A stretch of 57,688 nt of DNA, the filler included, from Deltaproteobacteria bacterium (GTDB lineage Bacteria; CG2-30-53-67), in assembly GCA_013151235.1 (NCBI GenBank). It is 3 parts of 3 records of this genome, joined end to end, with 100 filler letters (N's around TTAATTAATTAA, not from the genome) between each part and the next. Parts side by side here need not be neighbours in the genome. Positions count along the whole stretch, not along the records: positions 1 to 20,374 come from JAADIO010000029.1; 2 more parts are not named here. One strand, written 5' to 3'. Below the pieces are notes generated by a model that was not told where the DNA came from, did no database searches, and saw only the letters and a list, made by a program, of their open reading frames with translations. Shown piece by piece: positions 1 through 7,451 of the stretch. Each line of letters opens with the position of its first letter. The first letter of the stretch is position 1. A program made the translations under genes and the position numbers.

Positions 1-120
1 TTCTGGTTGTTTTTGTTTTAGCGGACTGAAATAAACCAGATGGAAGGCTATCATGTCCTTTTTGAATGTGCGAAAAATATTTTACGTTATCACCAATTCC
101 GGATGCGGCTTTAATATGAG

Positions 121-141
121 AAAGCTCCTCCGAGCTTTTTT
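121..141 (+). terminator. Short intrinsic-terminator-like hairpin, possibly bidirectional
   Basis: AAAGCTC-CTCC-GAGCTTTTTT stem-loop followed by a T run; lies downstream of the minus-strand operon end at 250. Confidence 0.4.
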
Positions 142-249
142 GTTTTCGATTTTCAGATGGCTATTTTCGTTTCAAGAAACGAAACCGGGTCGTATCGACC
201 AGAGAAATCCGATTTCAACTGCTGCTTGAAGCGACTTTTTCAGGAACGA

Positions 250-2073
250 CTAATTAGCCAGAATTACACTCTTAATCACAGGCACAGAACGTGTCTCCTG
301 CTCATATTCATAGGCACCAATATCAAACAAGCCGTTTTGGGGTCTTGTGACTCCTTTGAAATCATGTAATACAATTCCGCTTGTATCCATACCGACATCA
401 ATTGCAGGAGATCCTGCAGAAAGATCAAAATTATCCGACAGGACACCGACAAAAGCTGGATTTCTCCCTGTTATATTGTTCAAAAAGCAGGAAGAAATGG
501 TGCTGGCAGTGGTACCTTTAGTGCTGAACCATAAATTATGGTCTCCAGATACATGGGGATATTTGCCGGGATCAATATTAGTGAATGCGTACCCCTGTGT
601 ATCAACAATAATATTGTTTTTTATGGAACAGGTAACATGGCCATAGTTGCTGGTTGTATAAAACCATATACCAGCTTCACCACCCCCACCATAAGAATCA
701 CCGTAGGCATATATAGTATTGTTATATATCCTTATGGTACTTGACATCCCACGATCCCCTATCCTGATAGCAGCTTCTTCTGCATTCGCCTCATCTTTTG
801 GCCCCTTTCCTGAATTGAGCAAAATGTTGTTATAAACATCGAATGAGCCACTCCAACAGATACTCCCATCTGCTGCACGCGATCCAATGTTGATCCCTGG
901 TCCTCGTTGGTTTAGTACATAATTATCATGGATTTTAACGGTACCGCTAAAATTTCCACAAGTTGTTCCATATGTCTCATCATAGTTGTTCAACCCATAC
1001 TTGGATTTATTGTCCTTAAGAACATTCCAACCCAATTCCCACGGACTCACATTCGTAATCGTGTTGCTGCGTATAGAAAGATATACCGTATGTTGGAACT
1101 TGGATGTCTGATCACAACCGAAATCATGTATATAATTCCCCAGGATCCTGGCATCCGACAAATAATCATAAGAAGCACAATTCGTTGAGATTGCACCTTG
1201 CTCGCCAGAAGTACATTTCCCGGGAATATCGGTTATTTCATTACCAACTATCCTGCCAGATGCCGTTGGCCTGATACCTCTCGCTGTTCCAGGATGAAGA
1301 ATAGTTGTGTCTCCTACAGACGGTTCATCATAGTTACCTATTCTTATTACATACTTTGATATGACAATCCCTTTGGCTTTATATGAATCAATTCCCTGAT
1401 TGTCTCCCTGTGCAGTACAACGGCTGTTCGGATAAGCGGCAAAAGCCGTCTGGTTCATCGCACCACTGACCAAATAGTCAATGCGAATGCCGGTAAGGCC
1501 ACTTGAATAGGAGTTTATCTCCTGCACTCCATCAAGCACATATACAATATCCCCCGGCTGTATTTTCGTACTGGCACCATTTGTATATCTCGAGACAGTT
1601 TTCCATGGATGTACCCATGAACCATCGCCAGTGGAGTTATTCCCTGTTTCACTGACATAATATATGGAGCCCGACCGTACGGTAAACGGCAATGTATTCG
1701 ACAGAATACCGTTCACCTTTAACTGAATCTGATATGTACCCTTGGTCAACGTACCGGGTACAGAAAATGCTATTTCTTGCATTTTGCTGTATGTATACAG
1801 ATCAGCAGGACCTCCCGGAAGTCGCCCATCCGCGTTTTTCCAGTAATAAATATGTGCCGGAGCGATACCGCCTATTGTCAAAGTAGATGCAGCCTGACTG
1901 TTCCCAAGGTTACGACCCCAAAGAGTTACAATGGTACCCTGCCCATAACCATCATTCAGCCCACTACTCGGCCCATTTGTCATGTCAGTAAAAAACAAAA
2001 CAGGAGCCGCGGCATAAGCGATAGATGTAAGGCCTAAAAACACTAATACACAAAAACTTATTATTCTTCTCAT
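250..2073 (-). CDS. Secreted right-handed beta-helix (pectin-lyase-like) protein with an N-terminal IPT/TIG-like domain and a C-terminal choice-of-anchor Q-like region
   Basis: Sec signal (MRRIISF...AYA); IPT-like GTIVTLWGRNLG...SNTLPFTV; YYVSETGNNSTGDGS..PWKT beta-helix start; repeated I.GN/I.NN coils; C-terminal LSAGSPAIDVG...DFKGVTRPQ...DIGAYEY; GGAG RBS. Confidence 0.8.
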   Translation of the reverse strand: MRRIISFCVLVFLGLTSIAYAAAPVLFFTDMTNGPSSGLNDGYGQGTIVTLWGRNLGNSQAASTLTIGGIAPAHIYYWKNADGRLPGGPADLYTYSKMQEIAFSVPGTLTKGTYQIQLKVNGILSNTLPFTVRSGSIYYVSETGNNSTGDGSWVHPWKTVSRYTNGASTKIQPGDIVYVLDGVQEINSYSSGLTGIRIDYLVSGAMNQTAFAAYPNSRCTAQGDNQGIDSYKAKGIVISKYVIRIGNYDEPSVGDTTILHPGTARGIRPTASGRIVGNEITDIPGKCTSGEQGAISTNCASYDYLSDARILGNYIHDFGCDQTSKFQHTVYLSIRSNTITNVSPWELGWNVLKDNKSKYGLNNYDETYGTTCGNFSGTVKIHDNYVLNQRGPGINIGSRAADGSICWSGSFDVYNNILLNSGKGPKDEANAEEAAIRIGDRGMSSTIRIYNNTIYAYGDSYGGGGEAGIWFYTTSNYGHVTCSIKNNIIVDTQGYAFTNIDPGKYPHVSGDHNLWFSTKGTTASTISSCFLNNITGRNPAFVGVLSDNFDLSAGSPAIDVGMDTSGIVLHDFKGVTRPQNGLFDIGAYEYEQETRSVPVIKSVILAN

Positions 2074-2139
2074 CTTAAATCTCCACCATATGGATAAAGA
2101 ACAATCACAACGCTTATTGCAGAATTTATTTCTCCCGAA

Positions 2140-2502
2140 TCAGGGTGTGCTGCTTACGACAGTAACATTATGAGGAACCGCAGGAATCGTGGATAGTTTT
2201 TTCTCTTCCGCCGTAGAAGTACGCTCACTCCCATCACTCATCACAGCCGAAATGGTGAAGTAGACCGGGTACTGCGTTATATCCACATTTGTACATGCTA
2301 ATGTCGTAGCTGTCGCATCACCGGTCTCACACGCAAGCGTTTTACCGCTCATGTCCGCGCTGTAAGAATAGTACATCTTGTATCCCTGAAGATTGCTGGT
2401 GTCCGCCATTGACCAAGTAATCGTTACGGTTTTAGATGCACTCCACACCACAGAAGGGAATAGAAACAACAAAACAAAACAAGCAAGGACTGATTTTACC
2501 AC
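2140..2502 (-). CDS. Small secreted fibronectin type III-like protein
   Basis: Likely GTG start at 2502 behind GGAGGA (ORF track starts at 2538); signal peptide; FN3 hallmarks TVTITW, GYKMYY and YFTISAV; C-terminal PAVPHNVTVV. Confidence 0.75.
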   Translation of the reverse strand: MVKSVLACFVLLFLFPSVVWSASKTVTITWSMADTSNLQGYKMYYSYSADMSGKTLACETGDATATTLACTNVDITQYPVYFTISAVMSDGSERTSTAEEKKLSTIPAVPHNVTVVSSTP

Positions 2503-2560
2503 TTGATTTTCCTCCATCCCGCATATTCGTATCTGCATATCACCATAAAACTGTATTTTC

Positions 2561-5143
2561 TCATTGTTTCCTGCATCGGATTCTCACAATTAGAACAAAC
2601 ACCGGAAGCAACAGAAACAGGCCATCCACCCCGTTCCCCGGCCGACCGGACAAGGCGCAACCACCACCGCCTCCACCACTTCCAGCGGAAGCCCCGGAGG
2701 ATCCGGATGAATTTGAGAGGGGCTCTCCGACAAACCCAGGGTCCACGATCACACCGTTCGCCGTCTTATCGGCATCTCCCGTCCCGCCGTCGGTCAGAGT
2801 GAAACTCAGGCGGTTACCCGATACGACGGCACTCAGCTCCGTAAAACCGTTCCCCGTATCATACTTCCAGTATTCCACATCTGCAGGAAAGCTTGCCTGA
2901 CTGTAGATCGTGACCGTAACGCTTCCTCCGACAGCAACGTTTTCTATCTTATATTGAAATCCGCCGTATGAAAAGTCCGCCGGGAGACTTTCCGACAGAT
3001 AAGCGGAAGGACTGCTGATAAATACGGCTTCGGCAATCCGGACAGCCGAAGCGGAGACCTTCAGCGCAATCTTTCCCTTCTTCCCTTCCAATGTCACCAG
3101 CGTAGCGTCCAGACGATCCGGAACCCCATCACCATCAATGTCATTGCTCAATTCCTGGCTGTCCGGAATCCCGTCATTGTCCGAATCGGTATCCAACGCA
3201 TCGATGATCCCGTCTCCATCCGAATCCAGAGGAGAAGATATATTGCCGATCTCCTGACTGTCCGGGATTCCGTCCTGGTCGCTGTCGGTCAGGTTGGGAT
3301 TCAGAGCGATGGATGTCTCTTCAATGTTCGTCAATCCGTCGCCATCCTGATCACCGTTCGGACCGTCCGTATCATTCATATCAACATAGTTGGGGGCGCC
3401 GTCGTTGTCGGAGTCGCCTGTACCCTCTACGGCATCCGGTTTCCCGTCGTTGTCGGAATCAAGATCAAGGGCGTCGATCGTGCCGTCACCGTCAGAATCG
3501 ATGGGAGTCTTCCCTTTGTCAAATTCCGCCTGATCGGAAATCCCGTCTCCGTCGGAATCGGCAAGGTTCGGGTTCAACCCATATGTCACCTCGGTCGAAT
3601 TGCTGATTCCGTCGCCATCCTGATCACCGTTCGGACCGTCCGTATCATTCATATCAACATAGTTGGGGGCGCCGTCGTTGTCAGAGTCGCCTATACCTTC
3701 CACGGCATCCGGTTTTCCGTCGTTGTCGGAGTCGAGATCAAGGACGTCGATCGTGCCGTCACCGTCGGAATCGATAGGACGGACCCCGTTCCCCCATTCA
3801 ACAAAATCCGATATTCCGTCGCCGTCCGAATCGGCAAGGTTCGGATCCAATCCATACTTAAGCTCCTGACTGTTGGAGAGTCCGTCATGATCCGGATCCG
3901 CCTGTGAATCATAAACGGTGATCATCTTGCTGACGGTTGTTTCCCCTCCATTATTATCGGTAACCCGGAGAGAGACCGCAAAACCGCCCGCCGCTGAAAA
4001 GGTGTGCGAAGGATTCGCCGTATAGGCGGAGGAATGATCACCGAAATCCCAGACATAACCGGTGACCTGCCCGTCACTGTCCGATGCGTTCGCCGTAAAT
4101 GCCACAGTCAACGGGGCAACACCGGTCGTTTTGTCCGCGGTCATGGTCACGGAGGGCGGAACATTCGGATGATCGGAGACAACGATCGACTGTGAGGCGG
4201 TCGCGGTGGCCCCCTGGTTATCCGTTATCGTGAGCGTCGCCGTATAGGTGCCGGCCACACGATAGACATGCGTGGGCGCAGAACCTGAACCGCTGCTTCC
4301 GTCGCCAAAATTCCAGGCATAGGAAGCAATCGTTCCGTCCGTATCCGTCCCCAGGCCGTAGAACCGGACGGAGAGAGACACCTGTCCCTGCGTCGGCGAG
4401 GCGCTTACCGAGGCGGTAGGCGGCGAATTGCCCGAAGACGCCGCCTGCTCTACGACAACCTGGACCGTATCCGTACTGCTCGCCTTCCCGTCATTGACGG
4501 TCAGCTTGAAAACCAGCGTCTGACCGGAAAGGGCCGAAGTAGCCGAAAAGAACGGTGTGGCCGCAGTGCTGCCCAACAGGTTCACCGCCCCGCCGGAGAC
4601 TTGTACCCACGAATAAGTCAGGTTATCTCCGTCCGGATCGGAGCTCCCGCTCCCATCCAGATTGACCTGGATACTCCCTCCCGTTAATTGCGATTGTGTG
4701 ACCGTTTGATCTGCTCCTGCCGAAGCCGTAGGGGCGTGATTTACACTCTCGGTGGCAGTCACTTCATTGGAATAGCCGCTCTCATTCCCGCTTGTATCGT
4801 AGGATGTAACAGCAATATGGTATGTAACGCCGGCGGTCAGGCCGCTCAGTGTAAGCTCCGGATTCGCCGGGTCGGAAAGGGATGCAACCGGGACCGAGAT
4901 CGGAGAATTCCCCTGGGAAAGCCCTGTACCGTTGTAGGGAGCGCCGGACCCGTCCGTATCATAATAAATCCTGTACCCGGCAAGATCGCTGCAGGCAGTT
5001 CCATCGGCATTGGTCGTCGTCTGATCCCAGGCAACGGTCACGGAAGCCTCGGCAAACCCTGGTCGGAGAGAAACCACCAGAAAACAAAGGATCAAAAAGA
5101 TCAAGCTTTTACTTCGGATTGTCTCCATTCGTAAAGCTTTCAT
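2561..5143 (-). CDS. Large surface protein: FN3, PKD/K319L-like domains, thrombospondin type-3-like Ca-binding repeats, choice-of-anchor U-like domain and a Gly-rich Cys C-terminal sorting tail (JDVT-CTERM-like)
   Basis: Signal peptide; SVTVAWD..LAGYRIYY..YHIAVTSYD..ES.YSNEV; PKD motifs YAWNFGDG and YVWDFGD; DSDGDG repeats; LTDGGTGDAD..NGVIVDPG; tail GGGGGGC + TM helix + RIRCRKQ. Confidence 0.88.
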   Translation of the reverse strand: MKALRMETIRSKSLIFLILCFLVVSLRPGFAEASVTVAWDQTTTNADGTACSDLAGYRIYYDTDGSGAPYNGTGLSQGNSPISVPVASLSDPANPELTLSGLTAGVTYHIAVTSYDTSGNESGYSNEVTATESVNHAPTASAGADQTVTQSQLTGGSIQVNLDGSGSSDPDGDNLTYSWVQVSGGAVNLLGSTAATPFFSATSALSGQTLVFKLTVNDGKASSTDTVQVVVEQAASSGNSPPTASVSASPTQGQVSLSVRFYGLGTDTDGTIASYAWNFGDGSSGSGSAPTHVYRVAGTYTATLTITDNQGATATASQSIVVSDHPNVPPSVTMTADKTTGVAPLTVAFTANASDSDGQVTGYVWDFGDHSSAYTANPSHTFSAAGGFAVSLRVTDNNGGETTVSKMITVYDSQADPDHDGLSNSQELKYGLDPNLADSDGDGISDFVEWGNGVRPIDSDGDGTIDVLDLDSDNDGKPDAVEGIGDSDNDGAPNYVDMNDTDGPNGDQDGDGISNSTEVTYGLNPNLADSDGDGISDQAEFDKGKTPIDSDGDGTIDALDLDSDNDGKPDAVEGTGDSDNDGAPNYVDMNDTDGPNGDQDGDGLTNIEETSIALNPNLTDSDQDGIPDSQEIGNISSPLDSDGDGIIDALDTDSDNDGIPDSQELSNDIDGDGVPDRLDATLVTLEGKKGKIALKVSASAVRIAEAVFISSPSAYLSESLPADFSYGGFQYKIENVAVGGSVTVTIYSQASFPADVEYWKYDTGNGFTELSAVVSGNRLSFTLTDGGTGDADKTANGVIVDPGFVGEPLSNSSGSSGASAGSGGGGGGCALSGRPGNGVDGLFLLLPVFVLIVRIRCRKQ
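3107..3898 (-). repeat. About three tandem 273-bp (91-aa) intragenic repeats of Asp-rich TSP3-like units
   Basis: 75-nt exact identity between 3335-3409 and 3608-3682 (offset 273); protein unit D.D.DG.SN..E...L.PNL.DSD.DGI.D occurs three times. Confidence 0.9.
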
Positions 5144-5159
5144 AAATCTACCTCACCAC

Positions 5160-5194
5160 AAAAAAAGGCCGCCAGGAAAACTTCCTCTGGCGAC
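5160..5194 (-). terminator. Intrinsic terminator (expression platform) of the proximal riboswitch
   Basis: Minus strand GUCGCCAG-AGGAAGUUUUC-CUGGCGGC followed by U7; its 5' arm is the aptamer P1 3' strand. Confidence 0.85.
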
Positions 5195-5333
5195 CCGGCC
5201 GACATAGAAACAGAAAAGGGGAATCGGGAAATAGGAATTGGAAAAACAAGGGCAACCCCATACCCATCACCGTTTCATTAGTCCCGAGGCTCTGCGTCCC
5301 GCGGTTTCCCGCGGTTTGCTCTGAGCAAAGGAA
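5182..5333 (-). ncRNA. GEMM-I riboswitch, A20 variant (predicted 3',3'-cGAMP sensing), with a long P3 insertion
   Basis: Minus strand UUCCUUUG-CUCAG-A-GCAAA-CCGCGG-GAAA-CCGCGG-GACGCAGAGCCUCGGGACUAA...UAUGUCGGCCGGGUCGC-CAGAGGAA; 8-bp P1, GAAA tetraloop, CUAA/UAUG receptor; base equivalent to Vc2 G20 (5320) is A. Confidence 0.9.
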
Positions 5334-5373
5334 AACTATTTTATATCAGTATGTTACACCTCATTTCCTCCAC

Positions 5374-5409
5374 AAAAAAACCCAGCATACCGAAAAAGGC
5401 ATCCTGGGT
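5374..5409 (-). terminator. Intrinsic terminator of the distal riboswitch
   Basis: Minus strand ACCCAG-G-AUGCC-UUUUUC-GGUAU-G-CUGGG followed by U7. Confidence 0.8.
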
Positions 5410-5443
5410 AAAAGTCCTCGGGCATCCTGCCGCCCACTATTTT

Positions 5444-5534
5444 ACCACTTCGGGAGGTCATGACCGACCTTAATGATAAGGCCTCACAACTCTGCGATCC
5501 CGGCCTTCCGACCGGAACTGCCTTTATCGGTGGT
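5444..5534 (-). ncRNA. Divergent GEMM-I riboswitch, G20 type (predicted c-di-GMP sensing)
   Basis: Minus strand ACCACCG-AUAAA-G-GCA-GUUCCGGUC-GGAA-GGCCGGGAU-CGCA-GAGUUGUGA-GGCCUUA-UCAU-UAAGGUC-GG-UCAUGAC-CUC-CCG-AA-GUGGU; P1/P2(GNRA)/P3 architecture with G20 (5522) and C92 retained. Confidence 0.7.
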
Positions 5535-5544
5535 TCTATTTTAA

Positions 5545-5573
5545 ACATTACCCTCACTCGTCAATAATGTCAA
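5545..5573 (-). promoter_or_regulatory. Putative sigma70 promoter directly upstream of the distal riboswitch
   Basis: TTGACA-N17-TAATGT; predicted start about 5538, just before P1. Confidence 0.5.
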
Positions 5574-5606
5574 TGTCAATTTTTGACACCTTGATCGTGG
5601 AGGTAC

Positions 5607-5623
5607 TGCAAGGCAAATGCCAA
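5607..5623 (-). promoter_or_regulatory. sigma54 (-24/-12) promoter
   Basis: TTGGCATTTGCCTTGCA: GG-N10-GC with TGGCA and TTGC. Confidence 0.75.
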
Positions 5624-5760
5624 TAACACCACGCAAAGCTCAGGTTCTCAAAACCCCTTTGTTTCCCATATGTTGTGTAATTATAAAAACGTTCATACAA
5701 CATCTGGCGTTAAATGTCAACAAATAATGCATGTTTTTTTGTACAATTCGCCTGAATAGC

Positions 5761-5778
5761 TGTATCGGATAAGATACA
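5761..5778. promoter_or_regulatory. Palindrome, candidate enhancer-binding-protein site
   Basis: TGTATC-N6-GATACA, about 140 bp upstream of the sigma54 site. Confidence 0.4.
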
Positions 5779-5891
5779 TTCCTTGGGGATAAAGCAAATT
5801 CAGAAAACCAAAAGATCCCTCCCGGCCAATCGGATCATGTATAATAAAATCACGTAATATTCAGGCTGACAAATAACGTGAGGTCTATAAG

Positions 5892-6797
5892 ATGAGGCCT
5901 GAACAACCCATCCCCGTCGAAGGCTATGACCAACGGCAGGAGCATCTTCACTCCCGCTGTCTGCATATCGGCCGGCTTATCGCAATCCTGGTTCTAGCGT
6001 CGTTACTCTCTTACGGCTTCTTCGTTGAGCCGCACAGGTTACGTACGGTCACAGTAACCATCCGGGACCGGGATATGGCCGATGTGCTTGGAGGTCTACG
6101 GATCATCCAGATGAGTGATCTTCACCTCGGCAGCAATTCAACGATCACCCCGAAAGAGATATTCGCCATCCTGCAGAAAATCCGGCCGGACCTGATCCTC
6201 CTTACAGGGGACCTGGTGGACTGGAGCAGAAGCGACAAGGACTATGATGAGGTCTTCGACTTTTTATCTCACCTCCATGCACCACTTGGGGTCTTTGCCG
6301 TAATGGGGGATGCCGACTATTCCAGTACCCGCCGCTCCTGTGAATACTGTCACCGGAAGGAAAGCGGTCTGCCCGTCGAAGACCATGACGTAAGGTTTCT
6401 GCGGAACAAGCTATGGCCTCTGAAAGGAAGGAATGGAAGACCATTCATGCTGGCCGGCGTCGGATGGAAGGCGGACAACGCGCGAAAGAAGAAGTTACTC
6501 CAATCAATCCCTCCGAAAATCCCGGCGATTATGCTGGCCCACTCCTCGGTTATTTTCCGAAAAATCCCGGCATCAAGAAATATTTTGGTTCTTTCCGGCG
6601 ACACACACGGGGGACAGATCCGTCTTCCAAGCTTTTTGTGGAAGATACTGGCCCTCAAACCGGATCCGGAGCACATGTACGGTCTCTATCATGAAGGTCG
6701 CAAGATCCTGTACGTGAGCAGTGGAGTGGGAACATCGGAGATTCCGTTCCGCCTCGGCATGCCGCCGGAGATCGTTCTGTTTCAGTTCATCCCGTGA
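5892..6797 (+). CDS. Membrane-anchored metallophosphoesterase (YkuE/YaeI-like) with atypical motifs
   Basis: N-terminal TM; SDLH, TGDL, GDADY, LAH, SGDTHGGQ, LYVSSGVG...PFRLG.PPEI. Confidence 0.85.
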   Translation: MRPEQPIPVEGYDQRQEHLHSRCLHIGRLIAILVLASLLSYGFFVEPHRLRTVTVTIRDRDMADVLGGLRIIQMSDLHLGSNSTITPKEIFAILQKIRPDLILLTGDLVDWSRSDKDYDEVFDFLSHLHAPLGVFAVMGDADYSSTRRSCEYCHRKESGLPVEDHDVRFLRNKLWPLKGRNGRPFMLAGVGWKADNARKKKLLQSIPPKIPAIMLAHSSVIFRKIPASRNILVLSGDTHGGQIRLPSFLWKILALKPDPEHMYGLYHEGRKILYVSSGVGTSEIPFRLGMPPEIVLFQFIP

Positions 6798-6812
6798 AGG
6801 AGGGAGGTTGTT

Positions 6813-7352
6813 GTGAGCAAGAAGATTCTCAACCTCGGGGTATTGCTCTTGATGCTATTGCTTTTCTGTGCGGCATGCCGTTCAGAAAAGCCGGGCATGC
6901 AATATGATTTCGAATCCCGGGATGATCTGGACAGTCTGCAATGGAAGTGCGGGACGATCTTTTCCCTCTCCGGAGAACATGCCACGTCAGGCAGACATTC
7001 ACTCAAAATGGAGCTGTATCCATCCGACTATCCCGGCCTGACTCTCTCCGGTTTCAACCCAGACTGGTCGGGAGCAAGCATCCTGCACATCGATCTTTTC
7101 AACCCCGGCAGGGATCCCCTCCGCATCACGATTCGAATCGATGACCGAGCCAACCCGCCATACATTGACCGCTTCAACCACTCCTTCCATATCGCACCCG
7201 GGATGAATCATCTTGCCGTTCCGTTGCAAACTCTCGTAACTTCGGGGAGAAAACGGCACCTGGAAACGGCACACATTACAAAACTCGTTATTTTCATAAG
7301 CCACCCCGAAAGAAAGCAAACCCTTTACATCGACAATATACAAACGGAATGA
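6813..7352 (+). CDS. Putative lipoprotein with a carbohydrate-binding-module-like beta-sandwich
   Basis: GTG start with GGGAGG RBS; lipobox-like CAAC; ATSG..SLK..DWS....L.ID..NP...LYIDNI pattern. Confidence 0.6.
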   Translation: MSKKILNLGVLLLMLLLFCAACRSEKPGMQYDFESRDDLDSLQWKCGTIFSLSGEHATSGRHSLKMELYPSDYPGLTLSGFNPDWSGASILHIDLFNPGRDPLRITIRIDDRANPPYIDRFNHSFHIAPGMNHLAVPLQTLVTSGRKRHLETAHITKLVIFISHPERKQTLYIDNIQTE

Positions 7353-7451
7353 TCCTGACACGTAAACAGAAAAACAACATCTTTCCGTTGGACTCTGCCT
7401 GCAAACTATGCAATAATCCCGGCAACTTCATTATTATCATAGAGTTAGAAG

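Noticed and set aside
3107-3898. Possible CRISPR-like repeat array
   Set aside because: The repeats are in-frame coding units with no unique spacers and no cas genes
5354-5557. 67-aa minus-strand ORF in the leader
   Set aside because: Overlaps the riboswitch and terminator; no protein features
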